From NCBI GenBank assembly GCA_963840855.1, contig CAWJBB010000034.1, forward strand, positions 64,001 to 128,000: 64,000 bases of DNA, in the 5' to 3' direction. Positions 9,738 to 20,105 of this stretch are shown here, piece by piece; the first letter of the stretch is position 1; each line of letters opens with the position of its first letter. The notes beneath the pieces are model-generated. The model made no database searches. It saw only the letters and a list, made by a program, of their open reading frames with translations, and was not told the DNA's origin. This DNA comes from an uncultured delta proteobacterium. GTDB taxonomy: Bacteria > Desulfobacterota > Binatia > UBA9968. Made by a program: the position numbers and the translations under genes.

Positions 9738-11414
9738 ATGGCGCGAATCACGGGAGGTCACCTTATCTGCAAAGCGCTCAAGCTCGAAGGCGTGCGCAAT
9801 ATTTTCTGCTTGGCCGGTGATCATATTTTGCCGACCCTTGACGTGATGGCGGACCAGGACTTCCGCATCATCGACACCCGCCATGAGCAGGCCGCGGTGC
9901 ACATGGCGGATGCCTGGAGCCGGATCACCGAGACGCCGGGTGTTTGCATGTATACGACTCCCGGCTTCGCCAACGCCATTCCCGGTCTCACGAATGCCAT
10001 GCACAGCGAAGCGCCGATTGTCTCCATCGCCGGATGCGCCGATGGACATGATCTGGGCCGGGGCGCCCAGCAAGAAATCGACCAGGTGGGCATGGCCGGT
10101 CCGATGTGCAAGGGCTCGTTCATGGTTCATGATATTCGCCGCATCCCCGAGTTCATCGCGCGCGCGATGCGGCTGGCGTTCAGCGGCCGGCGCGGTCCGG
10201 TGCATCTGACCATCCCCATCGATCTTCAGGAACATAGCGTGGATGAGAACGAGGTAGCTTTTGGCGCGGAGGTTGATTACCACGGTAAAGCGTCCATCCT
10301 CGCCGACCCGGCGCTGGTGAACCAGGCAATTGCGTTGTTGCGCCAGGCGCACAAACCATTGCTCATAGCCGGCAGCGCCGCGGGTTACACCCTATCCGGC
10401 GAGGCCCTGCAACGGTTCATCGAAACGACGCGTCTGCCGGTACTTACGGAAGAGCAGTCACGCGGTTTGATCGCCGACGATCATCCCTACGCCTTCGGCT
10501 TTTTCGAGAGAGGTCTCAATCGCGCCGCCGCCAAGGTTCGCGACGCCGATCTGGTTATGCTGTTGGGGCGCAAGCAGGACTTTACCATCGGCTATTGCCG
10601 CCCTCCCCATGTTGCGGCGAGCGCTAAAATCATTCAAATCGATCCCTCGCCGATGGAAATCGGGCGCAACCGCGGAGTCGCGTTGGGAATGGTCGGAGAC
10701 GTCACCAGCGTGCTGGACCAATTGACCAAGGAAGCCGAGAAGCACGCGTGGAACGAACTCCCCTGGATCGACGAACTGCGCGACGCGCGGCGCGCCCAGG
10801 CGGAATGGGCGGAAGGTCTGGCTCGCGCCGAGACGCCGATGCACGCGCTGTTCGTTCACAAGACGGTCAAATCGATCTTGCAGCCGGAAGATTGCCTCGT
10901 GTTCGACGGCGGCGATTTCTGCCATTTCGGTCGCTCTTTTCTCCCCGCGATAAAACCAAAACGCTGGCTGTATGTTTCCAGTCTAGGAATGCTGGGCTCC
11001 GCGCTTCCCAGCGCCCTCGCCGCCAAGGTGGCATACCCTGATTCAAGGGTGATCATGCTCAGCGGTGACGGCGCTTTCGGTTTTAACGCCATGGAATTCG
11101 ACACGGCGGTGCGCCATAAGTTAAATATCGTGGCGATATTGGGAAATGATTCCGCGTGGGGCATCGACCGGCAAATCCAGCTCGGTCTATACGGCCGCTC
11201 CGTGGCCACCGATCTGCTGCAAACCCGCTACGATCAGGTCGTGCAAGGTCTGGGTGGACATGGCGAATTTGTCACACGCGCTGAAGAATTGGCGCCCGCC
11301 TTGGGCCGGGCCTTTGCCGCCGGGAAACCAGCGCTGCTGAACGTCGCCGTGCGCCAGGTCGTGAGTCCCCGGGGCGAAGCCGCCATCGCGCGGCGAAAAA
11401 AGGATGAAGGATAA
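9738..11414 (+). CDS. TPP-binding protein (ALS-like; 2-hydroxyacyl-CoA lyase/oxalyl-CoA decarboxylase-like)
   Basis: AAGGAGG RBS before ATG 9738; TRHEQAAVHMAD; SGDGAFGF...GND TPP motif. Confidence 0.9.
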   Translation: MARITGGHLICKALKLEGVRNIFCLAGDHILPTLDVMADQDFRIIDTRHEQAAVHMADAWSRITETPGVCMYTTPGFANAIPGLTNAMHSEAPIVSIAGCADGHDLGRGAQQEIDQVGMAGPMCKGSFMVHDIRRIPEFIARAMRLAFSGRRGPVHLTIPIDLQEHSVDENEVAFGAEVDYHGKASILADPALVNQAIALLRQAHKPLLIAGSAAGYTLSGEALQRFIETTRLPVLTEEQSRGLIADDHPYAFGFFERGLNRAAAKVRDADLVMLLGRKQDFTIGYCRPPHVAASAKIIQIDPSPMEIGRNRGVALGMVGDVTSVLDQLTKEAEKHAWNELPWIDELRDARRAQAEWAEGLARAETPMHALFVHKTVKSILQPEDCLVFDGGDFCHFGRSFLPAIKPKRWLYVSSLGMLGSALPSALAAKVAYPDSRVIMLSGDGAFGFNAMEFDTAVRHKLNIVAILGNDSAWGIDRQIQLGLYGRSVATDLLQTRYDQVVQGLGGHGEFVTRAEELAPALGRAFAAGKPALLNVAVRQVVSPRGEAAIARRKKDEG

Positions 11415-11484
11415 AGGCGGAAGGATGAAGTGGCTGGGAATCCTCTCATTTAATTTCATCCTTCATCCCTTATCCTTCATCCTT
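11400..11484. repeat. Heptamer palindromic repeat between convergent genes
   Basis: aggatgaaggataaaggcggaaggatgaa...ttcatccttcatcccttatccttcatcct. Confidence 0.8.
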
Positions 11485-11485
11485 T

Positions 11486-12628
11486 TTATTTCAGCGCGAG
11501 ATTGCTGGGCTGCTCCACTCCGTCGAGCTTCACACCGCCGTCGGCCGCGGCCTGTTGGATGCGCCGCCACTCGTCGTGGTAGCCGCGCGTGTGGCCGCGA
11601 AAGTGAGGTATGACGTAGCGCGCGAACATCTCCATGGAGCGGCGGACCTTTTCGCTGCTCGTCCACTCATGTGTGGTTAGCATCAGACCGCCAAAGCCGC
11701 CGGTTTCGGCCTGCATGCGCTCGATTTGCGCGATCGCGTCGTCGGGGGTGCCGATGATCCAGTCGCGCCGGTCGGCGCCGGAGCGCGCGGTGATCTCATT
11801 GGCCGGCTGGCCGGGATAAGACTCGTAGGGTCCCTTCAGTCCGATGGAGACGAAATATTCCATGTCGCGCTTGATGCTCGCCTCGACGTCGCGCCAGGCT
11901 TCCTCTCTGCTGTCGGCGAGATAGACACAGGTCGCGATGCGCCAGTTGTCGCGCGAAGTCGCTGTGCCATGTTTCGCCGCGATCGCTTCGACCTTGTTCC
12001 ATTGCTCGGCTTTGGTCTGATTGTTTCTGACATTTTTTCCGGCGGGAGAAAGCAGCAGCATGCCGTATTTGCCGGCAAGCTCAAGGCTGATCGCATTTCC
12101 CGACGACGCGATCGCGAGCGGCATGCGCGGCTGCTGGTACGAACGGAGCTGCAAGCGCATTTGCTTGAACGACCAGAAGCGGCCTTCATGGTCGATGGGG
12201 TCGGGCGACTCGAGCAACCGGACGATGATATCCGCCGATTCCGCCAGCATCGGATACAGTTTTTCATTGGGCAGGCCGAAGAGTTTTTTGTCGGTAACCA
12301 GCGCGCAGGGACCGACGCCGAGGATGGCGCGGCCGCGGGTCAGGTGATCGAGAAAAGCCATCCGTTCGGCGACGTGAAACGGATGATGAAAAGGGACGCT
12401 GATCACGGACGTGCCGAGACGAATGCGATGGGCGTGTGCGGCGGCTTTGGCAAGCGCCATTTCCGGCGCGGGCATGGTCTCCCAACCGCCCGAGTGATGC
12501 TCGCCGATAAAAAACTCGTCGAAGTCCAACTCCTCCGCGTAATGAATCAGCGAAATATCCCGGTCAAACGCCAGCGCGGGATTTTCCGACGGGTGATGCA
12601 ACGGCATCATGAAAAATGAAAATTTCAT
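11486..12628 (-). CDS. LLM-class flavin-dependent oxidoreductase (limonene 1,2-monooxygenase-like)
   Basis: MKFSFFMMPLH, GEHHSGGWE, AERMAFLDHLTRGR; AAGGAG RBS supports ATG at 12628. Confidence 0.9.
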   Translation of the reverse strand: MKFSFFMMPLHHPSENPALAFDRDISLIHYAEELDFDEFFIGEHHSGGWETMPAPEMALAKAAAHAHRIRLGTSVISVPFHHPFHVAERMAFLDHLTRGRAILGVGPCALVTDKKLFGLPNEKLYPMLAESADIIVRLLESPDPIDHEGRFWSFKQMRLQLRSYQQPRMPLAIASSGNAISLELAGKYGMLLLSPAGKNVRNNQTKAEQWNKVEAIAAKHGTATSRDNWRIATCVYLADSREEAWRDVEASIKRDMEYFVSIGLKGPYESYPGQPANEITARSGADRRDWIIGTPDDAIAQIERMQAETGGFGGLMLTTHEWTSSEKVRRSMEMFARYVIPHFRGHTRGYHDEWRRIQQAAADGGVKLDGVEQPSNLALK

Positions 12629-12680
12629 ATGCACTCCTTATGGGACGTATGTAAGAAGCCAGGGACGAAACCCGCCGGCG

Positions 12681-13712
12681 CTATTTCAAGATCTCCTTCA
12701 ATTGCTTGACCAAGCCTGGCTCCAGCTTGAAGAGCGTTTTGATCTCTTTGTCGATCGTCTCGCCATCCAGCGGATCAATATCCAACCTCGCTCGCTTAGC
12801 GTCGGCCAGAAACTCCGGGTCTTTCAGGGTCTCCGAAAAAGCTTTCCGCAGTATTTTGACTCGTTCCTTCGGCGTCCCCGGCGGCATTACGTAGGGGCGG
12901 TTTGTAACTCCGTTGACCCGACCCAACGTCTGAATCATTTTTTTCGCGTCATCGGTCTTTGCGAGATCGACGGCCCACGGCAGATTAGGAAACTCGGGAT
13001 GCGGCCGGATGGCGGCCTGAACCACCATGACGATTTCGCCGTTGTCCATTTCATTGCGCCAATTGGCCTTGAAAGACTCGATGGAATTGCAGATGCCGTG
13101 AACTTCGCCGGCATTGAATGCAAGCCGCACGGGTCCCGTGCCTTTGTAACCGGTCACGAGCTGGAGGGGAAGGCCCAAGGTTACTTTGAGGAGTTTGGGA
13201 ATATCGTCAGTGCCGCCGCCAGGGGCGACGCCACCTATCTTCAATACGGTTCCCGAGGCTTTCCACTGCTCCACGCTGGTGATAGCGGTGCTCTTCGCAA
13301 TGCCGATCATGAAATTGTCCTGCGCGGGAACACCGAGAAATTCAAAATTCGTCGCCTTGAACTCGATTCCCGGCAGACCCAGCAGCTCCTGCAAAAACAG
13401 GCCGCCGACAAAAGTGCCGATCGATAGGCCGTCAGGCCGCGAAGCCTTATACACATAGTTGGCGGCGACCAGACCGGCGGCGCCAGGCATGTTGTCGACA
13501 ACCAGAGTTGGATTACCGGGGATATATTTTCCGATGTGCCGGGTAATGGCCCGCGAATAGGCGTCGAAACCACCTCCAGGCGGGGCACCTGCGATCAGCC
13601 TAATGGTTTTTCCCTTGTAAAATAAATCTTGTCCGAAGGAGGATTGGGCGAGTAGATTCACGGCCGATGCAATGACTAGGGCCAACCACGAACGTAAAAC
13701 GATGCGTACCAT
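12681..13712 (-). CDS. Tripartite tricarboxylate transporter substrate-binding protein (TctC/Bug family), orphan
   Basis: FYKGKTIRLI, PPGGGFD, NMPGAAG, GYKGTG motifs; signal peptide. Confidence 0.88.
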   Translation of the reverse strand: MVRIVLRSWLALVIASAVNLLAQSSFGQDLFYKGKTIRLIAGAPPGGGFDAYSRAITRHIGKYIPGNPTLVVDNMPGAAGLVAANYVYKASRPDGLSIGTFVGGLFLQELLGLPGIEFKATNFEFLGVPAQDNFMIGIAKSTAITSVEQWKASGTVLKIGGVAPGGGTDDIPKLLKVTLGLPLQLVTGYKGTGPVRLAFNAGEVHGICNSIESFKANWRNEMDNGEIVMVVQAAIRPHPEFPNLPWAVDLAKTDDAKKMIQTLGRVNGVTNRPYVMPPGTPKERVKILRKAFSETLKDPEFLADAKRARLDIDPLDGETIDKEIKTLFKLEPGLVKQLKEILK

Positions 13713-13839
13713 GATCGCCTCCGCTGCGATTTAGATGGTTTCCGCCACAAAAATCCTCCACGGCTCTATTTCGCCGGCAAGCCCGGCAGCGCGGCGCAAA
13801 ATGAATCCTCGAGACAGGCGAGTCCACGCCCGCGGACTT

Positions 13840-14214
13840 TTAACGCTTCAATTGACTGCCGGGAACCGTCACCGTGATATGCGACATCGACGAATCGGCC
13901 TTGGCGCCATGCCAGTGGCGCTCGCCGGCCTTGATGTGCACGATATCGCCGACGGTGATCTCGCGCTCATCGGCCTCAGTGGCGACCATACCCTTGCCGG
14001 CGGTGACAACCAAAATCTGATCGCAGTCGTGGACATGCCATCCAGTGGTCGCGCCGACGCGGAAGTTCACGACGTTACAACGAAAGTTGTCCGATTGCCC
14101 TTCGCCGATGACCGCTTGCCGCGTCCGGCTTACCGGCCCGCCCTTCCAGCCGGCAATCGGCGTGGCGGTGTCCATCGGTGTTTCCGATAACTCGTTAATT
14201 TTGAGTACGCGCAT
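13840..14214 (-). CDS. Cupin domain protein
   Basis: WHVHDCDQILVVTAGKG and GDIVHIKAGERHWHGA cupin motifs. Confidence 0.9.
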   Translation of the reverse strand: MRVLKINELSETPMDTATPIAGWKGGPVSRTRQAVIGEGQSDNFRCNVVNFRVGATTGWHVHDCDQILVVTAGKGMVATEADEREITVGDIVHIKAGERHWHGAKADSSMSHITVTVPGSQLKR

Positions 14215-14239
14215 GATCAGCCTCCTTGGAACAAGATTA

Positions 14240-14365
14240 ACCGCAAAGAACGCAAATGATGCAAAAAAAGAGCATTCTCGCAGCGGCGCAAAGTTCGCGG
14301 TGTTCGAAACGATTTCTTAGTCGAGTAATGTCTTTACCTGCGCCCTCCGCGCCTCCGCGGTGCGT
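14240..14365. repeat. 9-nt-period imperfect palindromic repeat (CGCAAAGAA / CTCCGCG type)
   Basis: accgcaaagaacgcaaa...cgcaaagttcgcgg...cctccgcgcctccgcggt. Confidence 0.55.
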
Positions 14366-14443
14366 TATCTTCGTCTTTGCCACAACTACAACGGCGGAGT
14401 AGAAAGCGTCAAGTGTGCGCAAGCTGAATCAAGCCTTTGAGAG

Positions 14444-14473
14444 TTGACAGCCTTCGATAGCGTCCGTTATAAG
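14444..14473 (+). promoter_or_regulatory. Putative sigma70 promoter of the tct operon
   Basis: TTGACA at 14444 with TATAAG 18 nt downstream, just before the tctC start. Confidence 0.4.
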
Positions 14474-14498
14474 CACGCCAGGCAAGGGACTGATTGAA

Positions 14499-15611
14499 AT
14501 GAGGTTAACCATGCTCAATATTCAACAAAAGCTGGGGTTGCGCGACCGCCTGGTGATCGCGACTCTGATGCTTTGCTTTTTGTCATTGGGGCCGCGTAAC
14601 ACCAACGCCGCGCAATCCCACAACTTCGATGAGAAAGCGGTGGCTAATTTTTACCGCGGCAAGTCCGTCACCATCGTGGTCGGCTTTGCTCCCGGTGGCG
14701 GCTATGACATAAGCGCGCGCATCTTGGCGCGGCACTTCGGCCGGCATGTCCCGGGCAATCCAACTCTCATCGTCGAGAATCGTCCGGGAGCCGGCAGCCT
14801 TGTGACCGCCAATCTGGTTTACAAAGGTCTGCGCAAAGACGGCACTTATATCGCGACCTTCAATTCGCAGATGGTCTTGCAGCAGCTCTTGGGCCAACCA
14901 GGTATTGAGTTCGACAGCCGAGCTTATAATTGGCTCGGCAGCGTGGCGTCGAGTCAAAGCGCCTGCGCCGTTCATAGGGAAACCGGCGTGACTCACGTCA
15001 AGCAGCTCACGGGCGCCAATGCCAAGGTGGTAAACATGGGGGGAGAAGCGCCAGGATCCGGGATCACCGACGCGGCCGCCGTTATCCGCGCGGCGCTCGG
15101 CGTGAAATTCAAAATCATTTACGGCTACGCCGGCGCGCGACCGGTCGCCAATGCGGTTTTGAACCGCGAGATCGACGGCATGTGCATCAGCTGGGAGTCG
15201 TTTACTTCCGACCTCAAAATGTTTTTCGAGCCGGCAAAAATCGTCAACGTGCTGGCCATCTTCGGCAGCGAGTTGCCCAAGCACCCCTGGCTCGAAAACG
15301 CCGAAGCGGCGGAAGCGATCGCTCCGAATAATTCCGCGCGGACGCTGCTAAAACTCGTGTATGGCCCCGGAAAATTTTCCTTTCCTTATGCCGTGGCGCC
15401 CGGCGTGCCAGTGGATCGGCTGGCGGCGCTGCGCGCGGCGTTCGATAAAACCCTCGCCGACCCGGCGTTCGTCGCCGACTTTGAAAAGTTTCGCCCGCTT
15501 GTGCCGCGCAATGGCGAGGATGTTGCACAGATCGCCAAGGAGTTGCTCGCGACCAAGCCCGCTCTGGTCAGCGAGCTGAAGGAAGCCTTAAAGCAAAGGG
15601 TCGGTCCTTAA
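14499..15611 (+). CDS. tctC: TTT substrate-binding protein TctC
   Basis: FYRGKSVTIVVGFAPGGGYD, ENRPGAGS; first gene of a TctC-TctA-TctB operon. Confidence 0.88.
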   Translation: MRLTMLNIQQKLGLRDRLVIATLMLCFLSLGPRNTNAAQSHNFDEKAVANFYRGKSVTIVVGFAPGGGYDISARILARHFGRHVPGNPTLIVENRPGAGSLVTANLVYKGLRKDGTYIATFNSQMVLQQLLGQPGIEFDSRAYNWLGSVASSQSACAVHRETGVTHVKQLTGANAKVVNMGGEAPGSGITDAAAVIRAALGVKFKIIYGYAGARPVANAVLNREIDGMCISWESFTSDLKMFFEPAKIVNVLAIFGSELPKHPWLENAEAAEAIAPNNSARTLLKLVYGPGKFSFPYAVAPGVPVDRLAALRAAFDKTLADPAFVADFEKFRPLVPRNGEDVAQIAKELLATKPALVSELKEALKQRVGP

Positions 15612-15643
15612 CCCAGCCGTAAGAACGAGGAAAGTGAGGCGGG

Positions 15644-17113
15644 ATGCTTGACGCTTTCTTTTCCGGGTTTCTGCAAGTTTTCACTCTCTCCACCTTTTCC
15701 TTGCTTCTGCTCGGCATCCTGATCGGCTTTATCGTTGGCATATTGCCCGGTATCGGTGGCGCCGCTAGCCTCGCCCTCATGCTCCCGTTCGTCTTCGACA
15801 TGGCTCCGCGGGACGCCTTTGCTTTCCTGTTGGGCACCCTGGCGGTGACCTCTACCACCGGCGACATTACTTCGATACTCTTCGGCGTTCCCGGTGAATC
15901 GATATCGGCAGCGCTAATCTTGGATGGCCATCCGATGGCCAAACAAGGCGAGGCCGGACGGGCGCTGGGTGCGGCGCTTATGAGTTCCCTGGTTGGAGCG
16001 ATTATCGGCGCATTTGTATTAGCGGCGATCATCCCAATCGTCGCGCCGCTGGTGCTCACCTTCAAGTCGCCGGAATTTTTCGCTCTCAGCTTGCTTGGTA
16101 TAACTTTCGTCGCCTCGCTTAGCGGCGAAAGCATGCTGAAAGGGATCGTCGCGGCCGGAGTTGGTCTGGTACTCTCGATGATCGGCCTCGATCCCCAATC
16201 GGGCATCCCTCGTTACACTTTCGGCATGGCGCAACTCTGGGACGGCATCGGTCTTGTGCCGGTAACGGTCGGCCTATTTGCCATCCCCGAAATCGTCGAT
16301 CTTTGGGTCAGAGGCACCAGCATCGCCGATAAGCGCGTCGGCAAATTGGGCGGGGTATGGCAAGGCGTCAAAGACACTTTTGTCCACTGGGGTATTACGC
16401 TCCGGTGCAGTCTGATCGGCACTTTTATCGGCATCATTCCAGGCCTGGGCGCCGCTGTCTCTCAGTGGATGGCATACGCCCATGCCGTACAGAGTTCTTC
16501 CGACAAGCGTCGATTTGGCGCCGGCGACGTTCGCGGCGTTCTCGGACCGGGAGCGGCAAACAATTCGGGTTTGGGCGGATCGTTGGTTCCCACCGTCGCC
16601 TTTGGCATTCCGGGTAACGTCGTGATGGCTTTACTGTTGGGAGCTTTTTTGATCAAGGGCATAGTTCCAGGGCCGTCTATGCTCAGCAAACACCTGGACC
16701 TTATCTTTGCGTTCGTCTGGTTCATCGTGATTTCCAATATTATAACGGTAGCCGTTTGTTTCCTTTTTCTTGAGCAGCTCGCAAAAATTACTTACATCCG
16801 AGGATCCCTTCTGGTACCGGGACTGATTCTGCTGATTTTTTTGGGCGCCTACGCTGAAGCAAAGTCGACTTTCGACATGGGGCTCGTTCTGATCTTTGGC
16901 TGCATTGGGTTATTAATGGAATATACGGAGTGGCCACGCCCGCCGCTGCTTCTCGGGTTGGTTCTCGGCGCGCTTATCGAGAGAAACTTTTTTATTTCTT
17001 ACGAAATCCATGCGCTGGGCTTTCTATTGAGACCGGTGGTCGTGGCTATTCTTCTGACCGGGTGCGCGGTTCTCCTCTACGGCCAATTAAAGAGCCATCG
17101 GTCGCGCGATTAG
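15644..17113 (+). CDS. tctA: TTT large permease TctA
   Basis: GILPGIGG, SILFGVPG, DGHPMAKQGEAGRALG, AANNS, many TM segments. Confidence 0.93.
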   Translation: MLDAFFSGFLQVFTLSTFSLLLLGILIGFIVGILPGIGGAASLALMLPFVFDMAPRDAFAFLLGTLAVTSTTGDITSILFGVPGESISAALILDGHPMAKQGEAGRALGAALMSSLVGAIIGAFVLAAIIPIVAPLVLTFKSPEFFALSLLGITFVASLSGESMLKGIVAAGVGLVLSMIGLDPQSGIPRYTFGMAQLWDGIGLVPVTVGLFAIPEIVDLWVRGTSIADKRVGKLGGVWQGVKDTFVHWGITLRCSLIGTFIGIIPGLGAAVSQWMAYAHAVQSSSDKRRFGAGDVRGVLGPGAANNSGLGGSLVPTVAFGIPGNVVMALLLGAFLIKGIVPGPSMLSKHLDLIFAFVWFIVISNIITVAVCFLFLEQLAKITYIRGSLLVPGLILLIFLGAYAEAKSTFDMGLVLIFGCIGLLMEYTEWPRPPLLLGLVLGALIERNFFISYEIHALGFLLRPVVVAILLTGCAVLLYGQLKSHRSRD

Positions 17114-17130
17114 CGCACACGGAGGATTCA

Positions 17131-17714
17131 GTGTCCCGCAAAAAGATCGAATTCCTGTTTAGCGCAGTGATCGTGCTCTTCCTCTCTGGGTCCTCTGGGA
17201 ACCGCAAAGCTGGCCTGCGCCGGCGCGATTGTTCCCTTGGTCGCTGGGTTTTTCGGTGCTGGCCCTCGCCTTGATACAATTCGTGGCAGCCGGACGCGCC
17301 GTGATTAGGGAAATCAGAACCGGTTCCGCCGCGCAACCAAAAGACCAATTGGCGCGAGACACCGCGGGTTTTCGCGATCACCATCGAGCCGGCGACGAAG
17401 CCGTAACGCCGACCGTTGCGATGAATCCTCCGGCCTCGGGGCACGCCGCGCCAGCTCCAGAGCCAGCCGGCCAAAGGGTTATAACGATTTGTGTTTGGAT
17501 CGTGGGTTTCTTCTTAGGAATCTGGTTGGTGGGCTTTAAGTTTGGCTCTTTCTTTTTAACCATCGCGTTCATGAAATTCGCCGCCAAAGAGAAATGGCCG
17601 ATCAGTGCGGCGATGGCGCTTGGGACATATCTCTTCTTTTGGTTGGTTTTCGATATCGGGTTGAAACTCCCGCTTGGCAATGGCCTCATAGCGGATTATT
17701 TTTTTCTTGATTGA
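17131..17714 (+). CDS. tctB: TTT small permease TctB (frameshift near 17185)
   Basis: GGAGG RBS and GTG at 17131; shift in a CTCTCT run joins WVLWEPQSWPAPARLFPW; C-terminal VFDIGLKLPLGNG. Confidence 0.75.
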
Positions 17715-17737
17715 CGTTTGATTCCGCTTAAAACCCT

Positions 17738-17827
17738 CCGTTCATCCTTCGAGAGCCTCAGGACGAACGGTGGATAAGGTTGAAATACATTGGAAATTCT
17801 CCGTTCATGCTGACCTTAGTCGAAGCA
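17738..17827. repeat. REP-like element (CCGTTCATCCTTCGAGAGCCTCAGGACGAACGG...CCGTTCATGCTGA...GTCGAAGCA)
   Basis: Two hairpin units; near-identical family copy at 49524-49596. Confidence 0.75.
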
Positions 17828-17888
17828 TTCTTGGCGTTTTTGCGCAGAATCATGTTTGCGCTCTGATGCGCTTTTCCGGAGGTTGTCC

Positions 17889-18875
17889 ATGATAGTTGGT
17901 CTTCTGGCATTTCTCTTGATCCTCGTGGCTCCGTCTACCACAACACGAGCGGCGGATAAGATCAGAATCTCCGTCTCGGGCAGCTACAACATGATTTTTC
18001 TTTCCGCGGGTGTTGCGCAAAACAAGGGATTCTTCAAAGACGAGGGTCTCGACGCGGACATTGTGGTGATGGGCGCTGCGCCGTCCATCGCGGCGCTGTC
18101 GAATGGCGACATCGATTTCACCCTGCTCACCGGCACCGTGATCAGGGCGGCGGTGCGTGGCCTCCCGGTGCGGCTTGTGGCGGGTTTGATGACCAGTTCG
18201 CCGCACGTCGTGCTCGCGCGCCAGGAAATAAAATCGGTTAAAGATCTCGCCGGAAAGAAAGTCGGCCTCGCGGGATTTGGCGACGCGACGCATGTCTTGG
18301 CTCGACTGATCCTCGCGCGCAACGGAGTGGACCCGGACAAGGAAGTCCAGTTCGTTCCGCTCGGCTCCGACTCGGGCCGTTTCGCGGCGCTCCAACAGAA
18401 GCTCGCGGATGCAGTCGTCACTTCCCCGCCGTGGGATTTCGAAGGGAAAAAGATGGGCTACAACATCCTGGCCAGGGCGTATGAATATGTGAATTACCCG
18501 TTATCCGGCGTCGGCGTGAATCAAAAATCGATTCAGCAAAACCGCGATCAAACGAAGAGAACGATCAGGGGCTTGATCAAGGCAAGCCGATTCATACGGG
18601 ATAACCGCGAGGAAGCTGTAAAAATTCTCATGGCCTGGGCCAAAACGAAATCGGAACACGCCTACGCGTCTTACGACTCCACCGCAACGGTGATCAGCGC
18701 CGACGGCACCATTCCGGAAGACGGACTCAAACTGCTGATCGATCAGGCGAAGAGAGATGTCAAAGTAACCCGTGACGTGCCGCTCAGCGACATCGCCGAC
18801 TTCAGTATCTTGCGTGAAGTGCAGAAAGAACTTGGGTCTGCGATAACGCCAATTCTGGAATCGGGTGAAGGGTGA
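17889..18875 (+). CDS. ABC substrate-binding protein, NMT1/THI5/SsuA-like, orphan
   Basis: GGAGG RBS; KGFFKDEGLD, IKSVKDLAGKKVG, GVDPDKEV; no permease adjacent. Confidence 0.88.
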   Translation: MIVGLLAFLLILVAPSTTTRAADKIRISVSGSYNMIFLSAGVAQNKGFFKDEGLDADIVVMGAAPSIAALSNGDIDFTLLTGTVIRAAVRGLPVRLVAGLMTSSPHVVLARQEIKSVKDLAGKKVGLAGFGDATHVLARLILARNGVDPDKEVQFVPLGSDSGRFAALQQKLADAVVTSPPWDFEGKKMGYNILARAYEYVNYPLSGVGVNQKSIQQNRDQTKRTIRGLIKASRFIRDNREEAVKILMAWAKTKSEHAYASYDSTATVISADGTIPEDGLKLLIDQAKRDVKVTRDVPLSDIADFSILREVQKELGSAITPILESGEG

Positions 18876-19039
18876 GTCATTAGGCGCTGGCCGCATCACG
18901 GGCTGTGGTTCAGTTTGATTTCAGTCGTTCAGCGGGCTTGATCGTTACCACCCGATTCCACGATTTCAGATTTGGAAGTGGCCTCGACCTCTTTCCTCCC
19001 TCGCGCGTCGAGACCGTGTGGTAATCCGCAACGCGCTAA

Positions 19040-19122
19040 TGTCATGCTGAGCAGAAGCGAAGCATCTCGCATTTTCAAGGTGTTACGAAGACGAGATTCT
19101 TCGGCTGCGCCTCAGAGTGACA
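19040..19122. repeat. REP-like palindrome (GTCATGCTGAGC...GCGAAGCATCT...AGATTCTTCG...CTCAGAGTGAC)
   Basis: Inverted terminal arms; relatives at 52077-52137 and about 61350-61432. Confidence 0.7.
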
Positions 19123-19227
19123 TTGCGACACAGTCTCGACGCGGGGGGGATGAAGTAAGTACTGAAGGACTCCTGCCTCCCGGCGCACGTTGCATCGTGA
19201 GTATGACCTGAGTTATATGCAGCTTCG

Positions 19228-19509
19228 ATGAAGACAACAATTTCCCTCCCAGATCCGCTCTTCGCCCGAGCCGAGCAGGTTGCCAAGCGCTTGCGCATAT
19301 CGCGCAGTAAGTTATACGCAACCGCTATCGCCGAATTCGTCAACGCACATAGCTCTCGCGATGTCACTGAGCGCCTCAACGAGATCTACGCAAAGGAGAA
19401 GTCTAAGCTCGATCCCGTCCTCCATGCGCTTCAACTCCGGTCACTGAGTCGCGGTGGGCGACGACGGCGAACTCCACCGGGTAGATTAAAAACCGGCCTC
19501 GACCGGTAA
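19228..19509 (+). CDS. Ribbon-helix-helix antitoxin (ChpI/CopG-like), toxin absent
   Basis: MKTTISLPDPLF...AKRLRISRSKLYATAIAEF...VTERLNEIY resembles RHH antitoxins found before MazF/PemK toxins. Confidence 0.7.
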   Translation: MKTTISLPDPLFARAEQVAKRLRISRSKLYATAIAEFVNAHSSRDVTERLNEIYAKEKSKLDPVLHALQLRSLSRGGRRRRTPPGRLKTGLDR

Positions 19510-19698
19510 TCACTATGATTTGAATATACGAAAGCAACTTTTAGCTTTTATCGGATCGACGCTTCAGAGTGTCCTTTCAAGTTATCGTTCCATCTGATGG
19601 AACTTATTTCTATGATCCGTGCTATACAGAAATTACAAGGTTCTATAAGAAACCCGATATTCCTGGTTCGGCGTCATAGATCTGTCAGGAGTCCTCAC

Positions 19699-20061
19699 AT
19701 GATTGATCACATCAGCATCCGGGTTTCGGATTATGAACGGAGCAAGCACTTCTATGCCATAACTCTTGCACCTCTTGGTTATGCGCTACTCATGGAAAGT
19801 GCCTCCGGCGCCGGCTTTCGCAAGGAGTTCATCCCTGACTTTTGGATCAAGCAAGGTATTCCGAGTCCATCCGTGCACGTGGCATTCTCCAGTCCCGATC
19901 GTGCCACAGTCGACGCGTTTTACCGCGCCGCAATTGCAGCGGGCGCCACCGACAACGGCCCACCAGGTTTACGCCCTAACTATCACCCGTCGTATTACGG
20001 TGCATTCGTCCTGGACCCGGATGGATACAACGTTGAGGCTGTATGCCACAGGCCAGAATGA
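19699..20061 (+). CDS. VOC (glyoxalase/bleomycin resistance) family protein
   Basis: AGGAG RBS; MIDHISIRVSDYERSKHFY, HVAF, GATDNGPPGLRPNYHPSYYGAFVLDPDGYNVEAV. Confidence 0.92.
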   Translation: MIDHISIRVSDYERSKHFYAITLAPLGYALLMESASGAGFRKEFIPDFWIKQGIPSPSVHVAFSSPDRATVDAFYRAAIAAGATDNGPPGLRPNYHPSYYGAFVLDPDGYNVEAVCHRPE

Positions 20062-20105
20062 AAGACGCGCATTAATCTCTGCAGTTAATTGATCAGGAAA
20101 CAAAT

